Numbered from the stretch's first letter, positions 30,609 through 40,664 are shown. The stretch is DNA of 64,000 nucleotides from Candidatus Latescibacterota bacterium (GCA_965116885.1 OZ220741.1:4608001-4672000), one strand, 5' to 3'. The notes: generated by a model not told the origin, from the sequence alone. Made by a program: numbers and translations.

Positions 30609-32018
30609 ATGGGTGCGTTGAATGTTGGTAACAGGACGTTGTTTACGTGTGATAATTTGTCTGTGATGCAGGGTTTGAATAGTGAGAGTATAGACTTGAT
30701 ATATCTTGATCCGCCGTTTAACTCGAAGCGTAATTATGCAGCTCCTATTGGTTCACAAGCTGCTGGCGCGGCGTTTAAGGATACGTGGAATTTGGATGAT
30801 ATAAAACGTGAGTGGATAGAGGATATAGAGGCAGATAATAAGTCAACATGGGCGTCAATAGTATCTGCGGGTCATATAAGCGGTGAAAGCACTCAGGCAT
30901 ATTTGACATATATGGCTATTCGGTTGATAGAGATGCGTCGTATTTTGAAACCGACAGGCAGTATATATCTCCATTGTGATCCAACGGCAAGTCACTATCT
31001 GAAACTTTTGATGGATGCCATTTTTGGACAGCAAAATTTTCGATCAGAAATTACGTGGCATCGTTCTGCGGAAAATTTGTCAAACAAAAAATGGCGACGG
31101 GCTTTTGAAACGTTATTTTATTATTCAAAAGACAAATCGTGGACTTGGAATCAAATTTTTGAGCCTCTCTCTGAACAGGTATTGACGAGAGATTACCGCT
31201 TCGAGGATGAGCGGGGACGCTACAAGACGACAGCTTGCACAAACAATGCACATCGCCCGAATATGTTTTATGAGTTCAATGGCAACACTCGACAATGGCG
31301 ATATTCCAAAGAAACCATGATGAGATATGACGAGGAAGGCTTGTTGGTCTATAACCAGGACGGTATCCCTCGTCGTAAACTTTATCTTTCGGATGTTCAG
31401 GGGACAAAACTGACTAATGTATGGTCGGATATAAAAGTCTTAGCTAGTAATGCAAAAGAGAAAACGGGGTATCCCACGCAGAAGCCCCTCGCTCTTTTAG
31501 AGCGCATTATTGAAGCGTCGTCAAATCCGGGCGATGTGGTTCTCGATCCCTTCTGTGGATGTGCTACGACGTGTATTGCCGCGGAGAAACTGGAGCGACA
31601 ATGGATAGGAATAGATATAGAGCCGGAGGCGCGTAATCTTGTTATTCAGCGATTGGAGAAAGAGATTGATATAGACGCGCTATTTAAGGCGGGTGGTGGT
31701 AGTTTGCCTGATGTGGTACATAGGAAGCGACCGCCGAGGCGTACAGAGGAAGATGCGCCTCGGCGGTCGCGTAATATCAAGCAGAAGTTGTATAAGTTAC
31801 AGGGAGGTCGTTGTGCTGCGCCGTGTGGTGAGGATGGTCAGGGTCGGGAATTTCCGATAGATATATTTGAGGTTGATCATATCCGTGCGCGGAATAAGGG
31901 TGGTCCGGATATTGATGAGAATTTGCAGTTATTGTGTTCGACTTGTAATCGTAGCAAAGGGAATCGGACAATGCAGTATTTATTAGATAAATTAGGTCAA
32001 ACATCAATGGGTTTTTGA
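30609..32018 (+). CDS. N4/N6 DNA methyltransferase (beta order) fused to C-terminal HNH domain
   Basis: DLIYLDPPF, YPTQKP, VLDPFCGCATT; C-terminal EVDHI...GG...NLQLLCSTCNRSKG. Confidence 0.9.
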   Translation: MGALNVGNRTLFTCDNLSVMQGLNSESIDLIYLDPPFNSKRNYAAPIGSQAAGAAFKDTWNLDDIKREWIEDIEADNKSTWASIVSAGHISGESTQAYLTYMAIRLIEMRRILKPTGSIYLHCDPTASHYLKLLMDAIFGQQNFRSEITWHRSAENLSNKKWRRAFETLFYYSKDKSWTWNQIFEPLSEQVLTRDYRFEDERGRYKTTACTNNAHRPNMFYEFNGNTRQWRYSKETMMRYDEEGLLVYNQDGIPRRKLYLSDVQGTKLTNVWSDIKVLASNAKEKTGYPTQKPLALLERIIEASSNPGDVVLDPFCGCATTCIAAEKLERQWIGIDIEPEARNLVIQRLEKEIDIDALFKAGGGSLPDVVHRKRPPRRTEEDAPRRSRNIKQKLYKLQGGRCAAPCGEDGQGREFPIDIFEVDHIRARNKGGPDIDENLQLLCSTCNRSKGNRTMQYLLDKLGQTSMGF

Positions 32019-32087
32019 TGGTGCTGATTATTTTCCGGCACTATTGAATATAATCCCCTTTAGTAACCATATTCCATAAGAAACTGT

Positions 32088-32315
32088 CTATTCTCTTGGA
32101 GAGTCAACAGGGCGCATTTTAAATCTGCCATCATGAGTCACAACAATCCAGGCATTACCCGTTGTGGTGTCAAGAACAATCGCTGCTGTGCTATATGTTC
32201 CAAGTTGATAACGCCCTATTTGTGGTCTCTTGAGCATAACTTCTGAGGTCAAGTAAAGACACAAAACTGTAAGAATGATACACAAAACAATTAGTGCTTT
32301 TGTCCATGTATTCAT
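32088..32315 (-). CDS. Small membrane-anchored protein
   Basis: N-terminal TM; GRYQL...LDTTTGNAW. Confidence 0.6.
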   Translation of the reverse strand: MNTWTKALIVLCIILTVLCLYLTSEVMLKRPQIGRYQLGTYSTAAIVLDTTTGNAWIVVTHDGRFKMRPVDSPRE

Positions 32316-32327
32316 AGATTTATCTCC

Positions 32328-33356
32328 CTATAAAATTGCTGTGCCATGTGAAACTTCCTGTTTTTCGCTGATGATTCTGCCAGTATCAGGACAAATACCA
32401 TAAATTTTTCCGTCTTTCTCGGTCTTCCCTTCTTTGATGCGCCGGGCAAATAGGGTGGCCTGGTGCAATGTTTCGGGCACTTTCCCGTTGTAGTCGCCAG
32501 CAAAGGCATAATGAAAATAATCCACGGGGTTGTGGGAGTCGCCAGCACACTCCCGAATAAAATCATCCAAAAAGCACAAAACTTTGTTGAGCTTTTCCGG
32601 CCTTATGCGGAAAAGGTGTGCGATCCCATTGCTGTCCCCAGACTTTTCGCAGTAAAGAGAAACTATCTGCGCCATAGGCGATGCCCCAGCATCCAGCCCG
32701 GCATTGAGGTGCTCAAAATCCACACCATGATTTTTAAGGACTTGTATCGACTGTGCCTTTGCTTTTGATTTATCTGTGGATAAAGATTTTGCTGTTCTTC
32801 TTTCTTTAGAAGGAACAGAACAAACTGGTTGGGCAGTCTGTTCCTTACGACTTATCTGTTCTGTTCTCTCATAGGTCGGATGTACTATTTCTTTTTTTTC
32901 CTGTATTTGTACTTCTTTTTTTCTGGGGTTTACTGGTGGACTGGGTACCCGGTTCATTTCTGCACAGTCATACTCAATGATGCTGTCGCCATTCATCATA
33001 GGGTGCTTTCTCAGAGAGTAGAGTGTGGTGCGTTGTTGAGCGTCTTTGTTGTGGTTCCGGTGTGTCTTACGGAGAAGTCCCATATCGACAAGGATGTTGA
33101 GGTATCGCTTGACGGTGGACCGGCTCATTTTTGTCTTCTTTGCGATGGTGTTAAGAGAGGGCCAGCAGAATCCGTTTTTTCCTATTAACCGGCGAATAAA
33201 CCCATACATGTATGCGGTCTTCAAAGAGACGCCATCGCGCAGAAAAAGCCAGTCTTCCACCATTGTAAACTTGTTTGATACGGTTGGGTTGAAGTGATCT
33301 TCGTGGAGACTCAGTTCTTCGCGAATCTCCAGTATGTCTTGCTGTGTCAATCTCAT
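32328..33356 (-). CDS. Phage/plasmid-type HTH replication-initiator-like protein
   Basis: CWPSLNTIAKKTKMSRSTVKRYLNILVDMGLL winged HTH, low-complexity linker, C-terminal domain. Confidence 0.7.
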   Translation of the reverse strand: MRLTQQDILEIREELSLHEDHFNPTVSNKFTMVEDWLFLRDGVSLKTAYMYGFIRRLIGKNGFCWPSLNTIAKKTKMSRSTVKRYLNILVDMGLLRKTHRNHNKDAQQRTTLYSLRKHPMMNGDSIIEYDCAEMNRVPSPPVNPRKKEVQIQEKKEIVHPTYERTEQISRKEQTAQPVCSVPSKERRTAKSLSTDKSKAKAQSIQVLKNHGVDFEHLNAGLDAGASPMAQIVSLYCEKSGDSNGIAHLFRIRPEKLNKVLCFLDDFIRECAGDSHNPVDYFHYAFAGDYNGKVPETLHQATLFARRIKEGKTEKDGKIYGICPDTGRIISEKQEVSHGTAIL

Positions 33357-33679
33357 TGTAAGGTTCCTTCCTTCTCACTTTTGCTAAACATTTCTCTCGT
33401 CCCCTCTTTCCGCTACACGTCGAGGTCCTCTCTGCGCATAGCGCTGGCAAATTTGAAGAACTCTGGCTCCCAGCCATAGAACACGGCACATATGATATTA
33501 TTTTTATAATGTTCATGACCCTTTATTTTTGGGGTAGATACGAAAAAGGGAGAACCTTATGTAGTCGCATAAGACCCTCCCTATCTACCTCTATGCAAAA
33601 CAAAGCGTCTATACTTTTTATGCCTAAAAAAAATATAGGGTAGCCATTCTCAAATGGCAAGAGAAAAGCGAGGTGTGTT

Positions 33680-33961
33680 ATGGCTACCAGTGCCCCTGGT
33701 ATGCATTTCCGCGAGGGTATCTCTATCATCCAGTTATTCAAGATGTTCCCAGACGACGCTTCTGCTGAAGCTTGGTTCATACATACACGCTGGCCCGATG
33801 GTATGGCCTGCCCGCGCTGTGGGAGTATCAATGTGAATGAAAGGACGGCTCACAAGACCATGCCACATAGATGTAGAGACTGTGACAAGCGCTTCTCTGC
33901 AAAGACTGGCACCATTATGGCGTGCTCCAAATCATTCGTGGCCAACTTCATCTCATCCTGA
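33680..33961 (+). pseudogene. IS1595-family transposase N-terminal fragment
   Basis: FPDDASAEAWF..RWPDG..CPRCGS...RCRDCDKRFSAKTGTIM; no DDE region. Confidence 0.85.
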
Positions 33962-34389
33962 TCAAGCCGATCAATCACATTCCTGCGCCACCAGATTTCT
34001 TTGCCTGACTGCGCTCCATCAACCGTGGATTAGCCTCAAAGCGACCATATTTTCGTTTTGGCATTGCAACCTCCTTGTACGAAAAGAGAGAAATGATGGC
34101 ATAAATATAATGGAGTAGGATTAGCCCCAGGACTCAGCCCCAAAAACGACGCTGTGCCGCCTCTCTTGACAGCGCCCGTTTAGAGAAAGTGTATTTAATA
34201 TCTGTCTGAAAAAAGGCAGAGCACCATAAAGGCAGATGGCTGGTCTGTCAGTCGCCCTTCTTTGCTTTTCAATCGAAAAGTGAGGGAGGGCGTTTTTGTT
34301 GCTGGCGGATGGCTGTCATTTCAGTTGAAAAAGCCAGTCAGCGGGCTGAGCGCAATGGATCTATTACCCCAAAAAAGGAGGTTGAAGAT

Positions 34390-35190
34390 ATGGCTGTTAA
34401 AAAGAGCGATAATGGCAAGTCCGCATTGTTTGTTGTGGGTGATAAAGAAGCGAAGTTGAGTATTGCTCATGCGATGGCGATGGGCTATCGCATAACCCTT
34501 GATGGCGATGGGAATGCTGAGATCGTAAATCCCGATAGTCGAGCTTATTATGTGCAGAATTTTGAATGTGATTGCCCGGATAAGCGCATGCGTGGCGGGT
34601 CCTATCACGGACGTTGTAAGCACGAGGGTTGGATCGGGCAAATGCGCCCATGTGAAATGTGTGGTGCTGTGATGTATTTGGGTGAGTTTAAGACGGCTTT
34701 TGGTGAATGCCTGATGCGGTTTGAATGTCCTGCTTGTGGGAATGCCCGAGATCACGAACTGGTGCGTGAAGAGCGCACGATCTTGCGAGATGGTGGGCCG
34801 CAGGATGAGCGGTTGATGCCCGAGGGCAGATGCCGTCAGGCCATTGCCTATCTTGAGAAGCGCGATACCGAGCGCTATGTGTGGTTTGTGGTGCGTCAAT
34901 CGCCAGATCTCGCGCCGATTATGGTGCGTCTCTTGGCCGAAGCCGGGCATGGTGAATTGGGTGATGAGATCGCAAAAGTGTTTTCTGTTCTGTCACCATC
35001 AGCCGAGCACGAGATGCGCGAGCGGTTGAAGAAAGGGCGGGCTGAATTGCGTAAGGTTCCGAAGGGGCAAAGGTTGCTCTCTGGATTGCTCAATCATCTG
35101 GGCGTTAAAAGTTTTGAGGAGGTTGTGAGTGAGGATTTGCCGGATGTGGTTGGCTTATTTGAGGATGTGTATCGTTCAGCAGTACAGTAA
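34390..35190 (+). CDS. SWIM-like zinc-finger protein
   Basis: CDCPD...CKH, CEMC...CPAC; AGGAGG RBS. Confidence 0.75.
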   Translation: MAVKKSDNGKSALFVVGDKEAKLSIAHAMAMGYRITLDGDGNAEIVNPDSRAYYVQNFECDCPDKRMRGGSYHGRCKHEGWIGQMRPCEMCGAVMYLGEFKTAFGECLMRFECPACGNARDHELVREERTILRDGGPQDERLMPEGRCRQAIAYLEKRDTERYVWFVVRQSPDLAPIMVRLLAEAGHGELGDEIAKVFSVLSPSAEHEMRERLKKGRAELRKVPKGQRLLSGLLNHLGVKSFEEVVSEDLPDVVGLFEDVYRSAVQ

Positions 35191-35212
35191 GGTTTGATGC
35201 AGTAAGTTTTAA

Positions 35213-35241
35213 GGGGATCGGGTCATCCGGTCCCCTTTTTT
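35213..35241 (+). terminator. Intrinsic terminator
   Basis: GGGGATCGG...CCGGTCCCC followed by T6. Confidence 0.7.
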
Positions 35242-35425
35242 ACTTTGCAAATGAGGTGGATTTACCCCGTTTTGGTGGCGTATTTAGGGCATTGATATAC
35301 CTAATTCTGTCACCAATTTGCCCTCAAGCGAAATGTTAAGGGCAAAAACCCCTCGTTGCGATTCTCCCAATTTTCGGGCACAAAAACCTTGACAGGTATT
35401 TGTCCACCCCCGAAAGGAGATCGCT

Positions 35426-35830
35426 ATGAATCAAACAGCAGAAGCCGTCACCCCGCGACAACGCGCTGTGCTCCAAAAGCTCATGTTGTCCCCAAACTTC
35501 ACCGCAGCAGAAGCCCACCGTACCGCCATTTGGCTCAACTCACCCCGCGCCACAAAAGACAAGGCGACCGAGATTATCGACAAGGCCCAGGAGCGCATCA
35601 AAAACCGAGACGATAAGGCCGCCTATCACGCCCAAAAAGACGAGTATCCCCCCCGGCGATACTCGAATGAGAACCCGCCGCCCAATGGAAAATCGGATAC
35701 TGAAGACCCGCCAACGCCTGCACCAACTCGCAAAGCTGAACAGGAGCAGAAGATTTACCAAATCAATGGCGTGGACGACACCGACAAGACCAAAGCCACC
35801 GAAGCCGTGTCAAAGGACATTTTCGGCTAA
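35426..35830 (+). CDS. Hypothetical protein
   Basis: AAAGGAG RBS; N-terminal module similar to the C-terminus of 37421-38164. Confidence 0.7.
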   Translation: MNQTAEAVTPRQRAVLQKLMLSPNFTAAEAHRTAIWLNSPRATKDKATEIIDKAQERIKNRDDKAAYHAQKDEYPPRRYSNENPPPNGKSDTEDPPTPAPTRKAEQEQKIYQINGVDDTDKTKATEAVSKDIFG

Positions 35831-35839
35831 GGAGACGCC

Positions 35840-36538
35840 ATGTATAAAATCAACGGAGTCCACGAAGTCGAACAACCCATCTACAAAATACAACAGCGCG
35901 GCGCTGAGTCCTTATCCGATGAAGAACTTTTGGCACTGGTCTTGCGAATCTCGCAAAGAGATGATTGCAATGTGCTGGCTAAGTTGCGCGGCTTTTTGAA
36001 ACGGAACCCTCTCCAATCACTCGCTGACTTTCAGCTTGAGACACCACCAGGGCAAATTGTCAAGCGCGAGCTTAAAGGAAACGATTTGACAAAGGCTCAG
36101 TTGTTGACGCTAAAAGCCGTTATCGAGTTTGCCCGCAGAGTGTTGGACAGAGGTATGGGCACAGAACCATCAATCACTTCGCCTGCTGATGTACTTCCCG
36201 AACTGCGCGACATCAAAGACAAAAAGCGAGAATATTTTGTCACTGTTTTCCTCAATGCTCGGAATCAGATCATCAATACGGAAATCGTCAGCGTTGGCAG
36301 TCTATCTGCCTCTCTTGTGCATCCAAGAGAAGTTTTTGCCCCAGCCGTAGCGTCAAGCGCAGCGAGCGTGATATTGGGACACAACCACCCCAGCGGCGAT
36401 GTGACACCTTCAAGGGAAGATATTGAACTCACCCGCCGCATTGTGCAAGCTGGCGAGATTATGGGGATCGAGGTATTGGATCACCTGATTGTCGGCTCAG
36501 AGCGATTTCTTTCAATGAAAGAGGCGAATGTATTTTGA
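35840..36538 (+). CDS. radC: RadC family JAB/MPN protein
   Basis: GAESLSDEELLALVL, VHPREVF, HNHPSGDVTPSRED, VLDHLIV. Confidence 0.93.
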   Translation: MYKINGVHEVEQPIYKIQQRGAESLSDEELLALVLRISQRDDCNVLAKLRGFLKRNPLQSLADFQLETPPGQIVKRELKGNDLTKAQLLTLKAVIEFARRVLDRGMGTEPSITSPADVLPELRDIKDKKREYFVTVFLNARNQIINTEIVSVGSLSASLVHPREVFAPAVASSAASVILGHNHPSGDVTPSREDIELTRRIVQAGEIMGIEVLDHLIVGSERFLSMKEANVF

Positions 36539-36587
36539 CCACCTGGACGGCGGCTTCAAGGGCCGCCCACACAAAAGGATCGCACCA

Positions 36588-36767
36588 ATGCCAGAAAAGA
36601 CCACACCACACACACCGGAAAAGTTCGTTGTCCGTCTCAAGTTCTTCGGGCTGGTCACAGTCAAGCCAGAGGAATTTGTCGAGAAGCTCGAAAAGCTATG
36701 CCAAGAGTTCACGGACTCGCCAGAGGAATACAGCTTTTCCTGGGACACAGATTTCGCCGCTGAATGA
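36588..36767 (+). CDS. Small hypothetical protein
   Basis: AAGGA RBS; within the co-directional operon. Confidence 0.5.
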   Translation: MPEKTTPHTPEKFVVRLKFFGLVTVKPEEFVEKLEKLCQEFTDSPEEYSFSWDTDFAAE

Positions 36768-36854
36768 AAGGAATCCCCCATGAGCAATTATGAAGATGCA
36801 CCACCCGAGATTGCCGAGGCAATCAAACATTCCACCATCATCAAGGAGGCATCT

Positions 36855-37109
36855 ATGCCACAGCCAGAAATTACATTTCGACATGGTCTTTGCAGCGCGT
36901 CAATCTACGAGAATGAATACACACGCGGAGAGGAAAAGTTCACCGTCCGCACGGTATCGTTTCAGCGCAGTTACCTGGACAAAGACGGCAACTGGCAACA
37001 GACCAACAGCCTGAAGGTGAACGATATACCGAAGGCCGTAATATGCTTGAACAAGTGTTACGAATTTCTCACCTCATCCTACTCGGTGCCTGACGCTGAA
37101 GATGGATAG
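36855..37109 (+). CDS. Putative PC4/SpoVG-like ssDNA-binding protein
   Basis: SASIYEN...VSFQRSYLDKDGNWQQTNSL...DIPK; AAGGAGG RBS; fold is inferred. Confidence 0.6.
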   Translation: MPQPEITFRHGLCSASIYENEYTRGEEKFTVRTVSFQRSYLDKDGNWQQTNSLKVNDIPKAVICLNKCYEFLTSSYSVPDAEDG

Positions 37110-37160
37110 CCCACCTGGGCGGCTCCAGGGTCGCCCAATTCACACAGGAGACACAGCCCT

Positions 37161-37349
37161 ATGTGGATAGAGAACGGCAAGCGTCTCATTGCCCTCGACG
37201 GTCGAGATGTAAGGCTCGAACATCGGGATATTGTCTTTGAAGGCAGGAGTAATATCGAAGTGATCCGCTACCCTTCAGAACAGACCGCAAAAGTGCAGTA
37301 TAAAAAGATCGTGCGGCGGCTGAGTGATCGGATCATTACGCAGGTCTAA
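37161..37349 (+). CDS. Small hypothetical protein
   Basis: AGGAG RBS; within operon. Confidence 0.55.
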   Translation: MWIENGKRLIALDGRDVRLEHRDIVFEGRSNIEVIRYPSEQTAKVQYKKIVRRLSDRIITQV

Positions 37350-37420
37350 CCTCACGAAACTGACCACCAGGGCAGCCCGCGCGGTCGCCACAACCCCCAC
37401 CTTTTGAAAGGATTCAACCA

Positions 37421-38164
37421 ATGGAAGCTATCGCAACAGAAACCAGCTTGCTCCCCGAAGTCGATGTTGAGGCATTGATTGGAGAGTGCTACACGCCCTT
37501 TCCTCAAAAAGTGATAAAGATTCGCCAGGATGCAGGAACAGGCAATAAACCCCTCTCGTATGTGGGACACCCCGAATATACCCGCCGTCTGGATCGGCTC
37601 TTTCCCTTCGCCTGGGACTTTCGGACCGAAGTGGTAGGACTCACAGACACAGCCGTAGCCGTTAAAGGCTCGCTGTCCATTACGTTAGAGGACGGGCGAA
37701 CAATCACCAGGGAAAACTTTGGACATGGTGCGATCAACCGAGGATTCCCGCTCGGGGACGCTATGAAAGTCGCCGCTGTGGACGCTCTAAAAAAATGTTG
37801 CTCCACCTTCGGTATCGGCCTGCATCTGTATGATGGGGATTCCGACCAGGCAAACCGCGCCAGCACCAACGGCCAGCACAACGGGGATCCGTTTGACCAG
37901 GACTGGCATGATTATGGCGCAGACTTCAATGGCGCTCCACCGCGCGAGCAAGGGCCGGAACGTTACGACATTGGCAACGATCCGTCACCGGCTACCTCAA
38001 AGCAGATCGTCGCCTTACAGAACATTGCCAAATCCTCAAAGACGGATCCCGACCTGAAGGATGAGATCAACCGAAAGCTCAAGACGCCAACTACAGACGG
38101 CAGCCCGCGCGTCACGAAGAAAGAGGCCTCCGACCTGATAAGTCGGGCATTTGATAATGATTAA
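37421..38164 (+). CDS. Rad52/Sak-like single-strand annealing protein
   Basis: LSYVGHPEYTRRLDRLF..WDF...KVAAVDALKKCCSTFGIGLHLY. Confidence 0.85.
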   Translation: MEAIATETSLLPEVDVEALIGECYTPFPQKVIKIRQDAGTGNKPLSYVGHPEYTRRLDRLFPFAWDFRTEVVGLTDTAVAVKGSLSITLEDGRTITRENFGHGAINRGFPLGDAMKVAAVDALKKCCSTFGIGLHLYDGDSDQANRASTNGQHNGDPFDQDWHDYGADFNGAPPREQGPERYDIGNDPSPATSKQIVALQNIAKSSKTDPDLKDEINRKLKTPTTDGSPRVTKKEASDLISRAFDND

Positions 38165-38342
38165 AACCCTATGAGAGCGTTTAATCGAAATTGTCAAGGG
38201 GGAGGACACACTGATTAAACGCTCTCAAGTGGCTTTAATAATACTGTTTCCGCTCTTTTCGATACATCGAGCCTCGCGGGCGCAGTGAACAGTCCCCCAC
38301 CATCGTTGCCCCATTTTGTCACCCCATCAATGGAGGATACAC

Positions 38343-38516
38343 ATGTCAACCACAGTCCCCCCGATCGAGCGGCAGGACAAAAACGAGCTCGTGATTGTCG
38401 CGGTGAAGATTCCCCGAGTACAGGTCGCCTTACTCGACAATGCCGCGAGCAATGATTGGGAGACGCGCAACACAATAGTACGGCGAGCGATTGAGCAGTA
38501 TTTCCAGAAACGCTAA
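38343..38516 (+). CDS. Ribbon-helix-helix (CopG-like) regulator
   Basis: IVAVKIP..QVALLD..A.....TRNTIVRRAIEQY; GGAGG RBS. Confidence 0.7.
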   Translation: MSTTVPPIERQDKNELVIVAVKIPRVQVALLDNAASNDWETRNTIVRRAIEQYFQKR

Positions 38517-38655
38517 AATCTTCTCTGACGCATTCTGAGGCGTTTTAACGCCCGATCTGCTCTACCTGTCTCACTTACTTTTGCGGAAAAATAAGAGACC
38601 TCAAAACCTGCCCCACAGGGCTTTAGCCTGGTGGGGTTTTTTCATTGGAGCATAT

Positions 38656-38994
38656 ATGGGAGAAAACACCTATTATAGCGATGACGACTTCTGGCAGAAG
38701 ATCAACAACTATGCCAGGATAGCCGGACGCAAGGTTGTCGAGAAAGCCTTACAACTGTATTACGCCGCCGCCGATCCAAAGACGCCCGCATGGGCAAAGG
38801 GTGTGATATGGGGCGCGCTGATGTATTTCATCGCGCCGGTCGATGCCATCCCCGATGTGGTTCCGTTTGCTGGATTCAGCGATGATTTTGGCGTGCTGGT
38901 CTGTGCGATCATAACCGTGAATGCACACATCACGGAAAAGATTGAAAAACGAGCGACCGAGAAATTGAAGGAGTGGTTCGAGCGAGAGACTTGA
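38656..38994 (+). CDS. YkvA/DUF1232 family membrane protein
   Basis: TPAWAKGVIWGALMYFIAPVDAIPDVVPFAGFSDD. Confidence 0.88.
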   Translation: MGENTYYSDDDFWQKINNYARIAGRKVVEKALQLYYAAADPKTPAWAKGVIWGALMYFIAPVDAIPDVVPFAGFSDDFGVLVCAIITVNAHITEKIEKRATEKLKEWFERET

Positions 38995-39039
38995 CTTTTT
39001 CAGTTGACGGCCCCGCCTTTGCGTTGTATTCTGACAACA

Positions 39040-39245
39040 GTCCATTGTCATAGCGGAAACCCGATTATGTCGGGTGGCTCGCCCTATACAACAGCCCATT
39101 AACGGCAAAGGGTCGCTCCCTGAGCCGGGTGAAAAGGCGGGGCTTTTGTGCGTATTTTCCGCATGACGGTGGACTCTGCCCGGCACTCATTTTTGTGAGT
39201 GCCAACCACCTCACGCGGGAAGTCCACCGATGCGTAAAGCCCACG
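39040..39245 (+). ncRNA. Candidate structured RNA, copy B
   Basis: TTGACG-17-TATTCT promoter at 39004-39032; hairpins; similarity to 26405-26575. Confidence 0.45.
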
Positions 39246-39351
39246 CAAAAGCTGTACGGTTTTTCAACTACTATTTGGCAAAAATAAAGCCCTCTGGGAG
39301 TGCGCCTCTCAGGGGGCTTTTTGTGTGGTACCCATCACAAGGGAGGAATTT

Positions 39352-39834
39352 ATGACGAGATATTTTGCAGTCCTTTTTGTATTGCTGGCAACACATGCCA
39401 TTGACGCGCGTGAACCTTGGCCACCTCGCGGCGGCCTGGGAAAAGACCTGCCCAAAGAGCTTTCCGCGGCTTACTGGTTGGCCGCGGATACTGCCCCCCG
39501 AAAGTTTCCATACCCCGATGAGGTCGAGCGGCTTTTCTACGACTTCAATGTGAGAGCCAAATTTTCCTTCATGGTAGTCAGAATGATGGAGATAGCCAAA
39601 AGGGGAAACGGCAGAGTGTCGCCAGGAGATGAAGCCAAGCTGAAGATTGCCCTTGATAACTTTCTCAAGGCGATCTTCGCCAATAGCCGCTTTGCCCGTC
39701 TGACAAAATTGAAGCAGAGGCAAATCGCCCATGCTGTGAAAGACTTCGCCGCCACAGAGATAGCGGCGCGTGTCATATACATCCACAGCCTGGCCGAGAT
39801 CGAGAGGTATTCCAAACAGAAAAAAGCCCGTTAA
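39352..39834 (+). CDS. Secreted hypothetical protein
   Basis: GGAGG RBS; signal peptide. Confidence 0.65.
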   Translation: MTRYFAVLFVLLATHAIDAREPWPPRGGLGKDLPKELSAAYWLAADTAPRKFPYPDEVERLFYDFNVRAKFSFMVVRMMEIAKRGNGRVSPGDEAKLKIALDNFLKAIFANSRFARLTKLKQRQIAHAVKDFAATEIAARVIYIHSLAEIERYSKQKKAR

Positions 39835-39854
39835 AAAGAAAGGAAGGTATCACT

Positions 39855-40664
39855 ATGAAACATCGCATTTTGCTGGCGGTCGCCGTCTTGCTGGCCGCTT
39901 GCTCGCAAGAGACCACCGATCGCCAGACGGCAGTAGATGATCTGGCCGAGAAGGTGATAGCTGAAAAAGCCGAGCAGAAGAAACAGGCTGAGCAGGAGGA
40001 GAAAGAGGAAAAAAAGCAGGTCGAGAGTGTAGGCCGGACGAAGGCCGAGAGAGTCGTGGAGGCTTACCTGCTCTCAGACACCGCAAAAGACCGTGCCCGC
40101 TTTGTCCTGGATCCAAAGACGGCTTTGCCTCGGATGGTGGAGAAGTATTACAGAGATAGGAGCCTCAGAGACCTCTTAGAGATCAATGCCATTTCGCGTG
40201 TTGATGGAGAGGGAGACCCAAAGGTCGGTAGATATGGCGAATACCGAGCGGACGTTGCCAATAGGCGAGGATCCACAAACGTGTATTACTACTACGTCAA
40301 AAACACCAAGGATGGGATGAAAATTGACTGGGAAGCGGCTGTTGGATACAACGAGATGTCTTGGAATGCCTTCAAGGCGTCGCGCCCCACAAAACCTGTT
40401 ACTATGCGCGCAGTTGCAATACTCGACGACTATTACATCTTCGCCTTCCGCAATGCCGAGAGAACACATTACAGCATTCGTTTCCCCCTCGAAGGCGTCA
40501 ATGGCTACGTGAGAAAGGATTCCAGGTTAGGCAAACGCCTTTTCGATACCCTCAAAGATGGCGAGGAACACAACCTTGTCCTTTCAATTCATTTTCTGCC
40601 TAACTCCCGCGGGTTTGTCGTCCTCATCGACGACCTGGTGAGCGAAGATTGGCTCATTCGTTAA
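39855..40664 (+). CDS. Lipoprotein
   Basis: Lipobox LAAC; coiled coil followed by a globular domain. Confidence 0.8.
   Translation: MKHRILLAVAVLLAACSQETTDRQTAVDDLAEKVIAEKAEQKKQAEQEEKEEKKQVESVGRTKAERVVEAYLLSDTAKDRARFVLDPKTALPRMVEKYYRDRSLRDLLEINAISRVDGEGDPKVGRYGEYRADVANRRGSTNVYYYYVKNTKDGMKIDWEAAVGYNEMSWNAFKASRPTKPVTMRAVAILDDYYIFAFRNAERTHYSIRFPLEGVNGYVRKDSRLGKRLFDTLKDGEEHNLVLSIHFLPNSRGFVVLIDDLVSEDWLIR

Noticed and set aside
39040..39260. c-di-GMP-II riboswitch, hammerhead or group II intron fragment
   Set aside because: Only partial word matches (GGAAAC, GGCAC/GTGCC); core consensus and domain V are not recognisable
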